Shown here: positions 24,714-25,227 of the stretch, one piece after another
Position numbering within the stretch: the first letter of the stretch is position 1
How the letters are laid out: every line of letters starts with the position of its first letter
Origin: a virus
Virus record (IMG/VR): IMGVR_UViG_2917587430_000001
Span: 1 to 25,227 of that record
Length of the DNA stretch: 25,227 nucleotides
Direction: 5' to 3' (one strand)
Notes under the pieces: model-generated
Database searches by the model: none
The model's input: only the letters and a program-made list of their open reading frames with translations
Told to the model about the DNA's origin: nothing
Translations under genes and position numbers: made by a program

Positions 24714-24777
24714 GCTCTGAGCGGCGGGATGCCATCGAGCAAAACCCTTCTGGCGTGCGGGATGCAGCCAACGAAGG
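24714..24777 (+). promoter_or_regulatory. Tandem GGGAU-loop RNA hairpins in capsid leader
   Basis: GCTC..GGC-GGGAT-GCC..GAGC and CCTTC.TGGC.TGC-GGGAT-GCA.GCCA..GAAGG. Confidence 0.6.
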
Positions 24778-24816
24778 ACAGCAAACCAACCAACAGAATT
24801 TTTAGGTGATTAACCG

Positions 24817-25227
24817 ATGGCAATGACCCTTTTGGAGGCTGCTAAGGTAGCCCCTGATCTAGAAACCGGAACCATTATTGAGGAGTACGCCGCTTCCTCA
24901 GACATTCTTCAAGAGATCCCTTTCCGAGACATCGATGGTAGCGGTGAACACTATAACCGCGAAGATACGTTGCCTGGAATTGGTTTCCGGGGCATCAACG
25001 AAGGCTATGAATCTAGCAATGGCATTATCAACCCTCAGTCTGAAGCACTGAAGCACGCTGGTGGTGAACTGGATGTTGACCGAGCGATCGTTGACCAGCA
25101 AGGTGAGGCGGCCCGTGCTTCTCACGAATTGATGAAGGTGAAAGCACTTGCACTAGCATGGACACGCAACTTTATCAAAGGCGACTCCCGCACCAATCCT
25201 CGTGTATTCGATGGTTTGCAGGTTCGG
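24817..25227 (+). CDS. Major capsid protein, N-terminal part (runs off window; absent from ORF track)
   Basis: RBS AGGTGA. Open frame MAMTLLEAAK...SDILQEIPF...YNREDTLPGIGFRGINEGY...AGGELDVDRAIV...FIKGD...FDGLQVR, resembling epsilon15/BPP-1-type capsid proteins. Confidence 0.88.
   Translation, partial: MAMTLLEAAKVAPDLETGTIIEEYAASSDILQEIPFRDIDGSGEHYNREDTLPGIGFRGINEGYESSNGIINPQSEALKHAGGELDVDRAIVDQQGEAARASHELMKVKALALAWTRNFIKGDSRTNPRVFDGLQVR

Larger units (their letters stand above)
211..25227 (+). mobile_element. Prophage or phage-derived element, siphovirus-like tail and head morphogenesis region (continues past window end)
   Basis: Co-oriented tail tube, frameshifted chaperone, tape measure, tail-tip, scaffold and major capsid genes. 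No sheath gene seen. True boundaries are not visible. Confidence 0.9.

Noticed and set aside
24898-25125. 75-aa minus-strand ORF
   Set aside because: Antisense to the major capsid gene.

Overview
Cyanobacterial DNA (about 29 HIP1 GCGATCGC sites counted by eye) carrying the morphogenesis region of a siphovirus-like prophage or phage-derived element, starting just after the 3' end of an IS256-family element. Gene order on + strand: tail tube, small ORF, tail assembly chaperone with a lambda-type GGGAAAG -1 frameshift, cargo island 1, 2653-aa tape measure, cargo island 2, lexA-like repressor with its own LexA box, Dit-like gene, 1221-aa tail-tip/receptor-binding protein, three more tail-tip genes, scaffold, and major capsid (runs off the window). 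Island 1 holds a DNA methyltransferase, a Ser/Thr kinase, a membrane protein and two small opposite-strand ORFs. Island 2 is a P-loop ATPase that looks like an integron cassette, next to an integron-integrase fragment. Main observations: (1) a GGGAACnnT motif precedes every non-overlapping structural gene; (2) a 74-bp inverted copy of the tape-measure promoter/leader points antisense into lexA; (3) an MTase + kinase candidate defence module; (4) attC signatures at the cargo islands; (5) a 10-bp-phased CCTCG/AGAGG array; (6) GGGAU-capped hairpins in the head-gene leaders. All calls were made by eye, without database searches.
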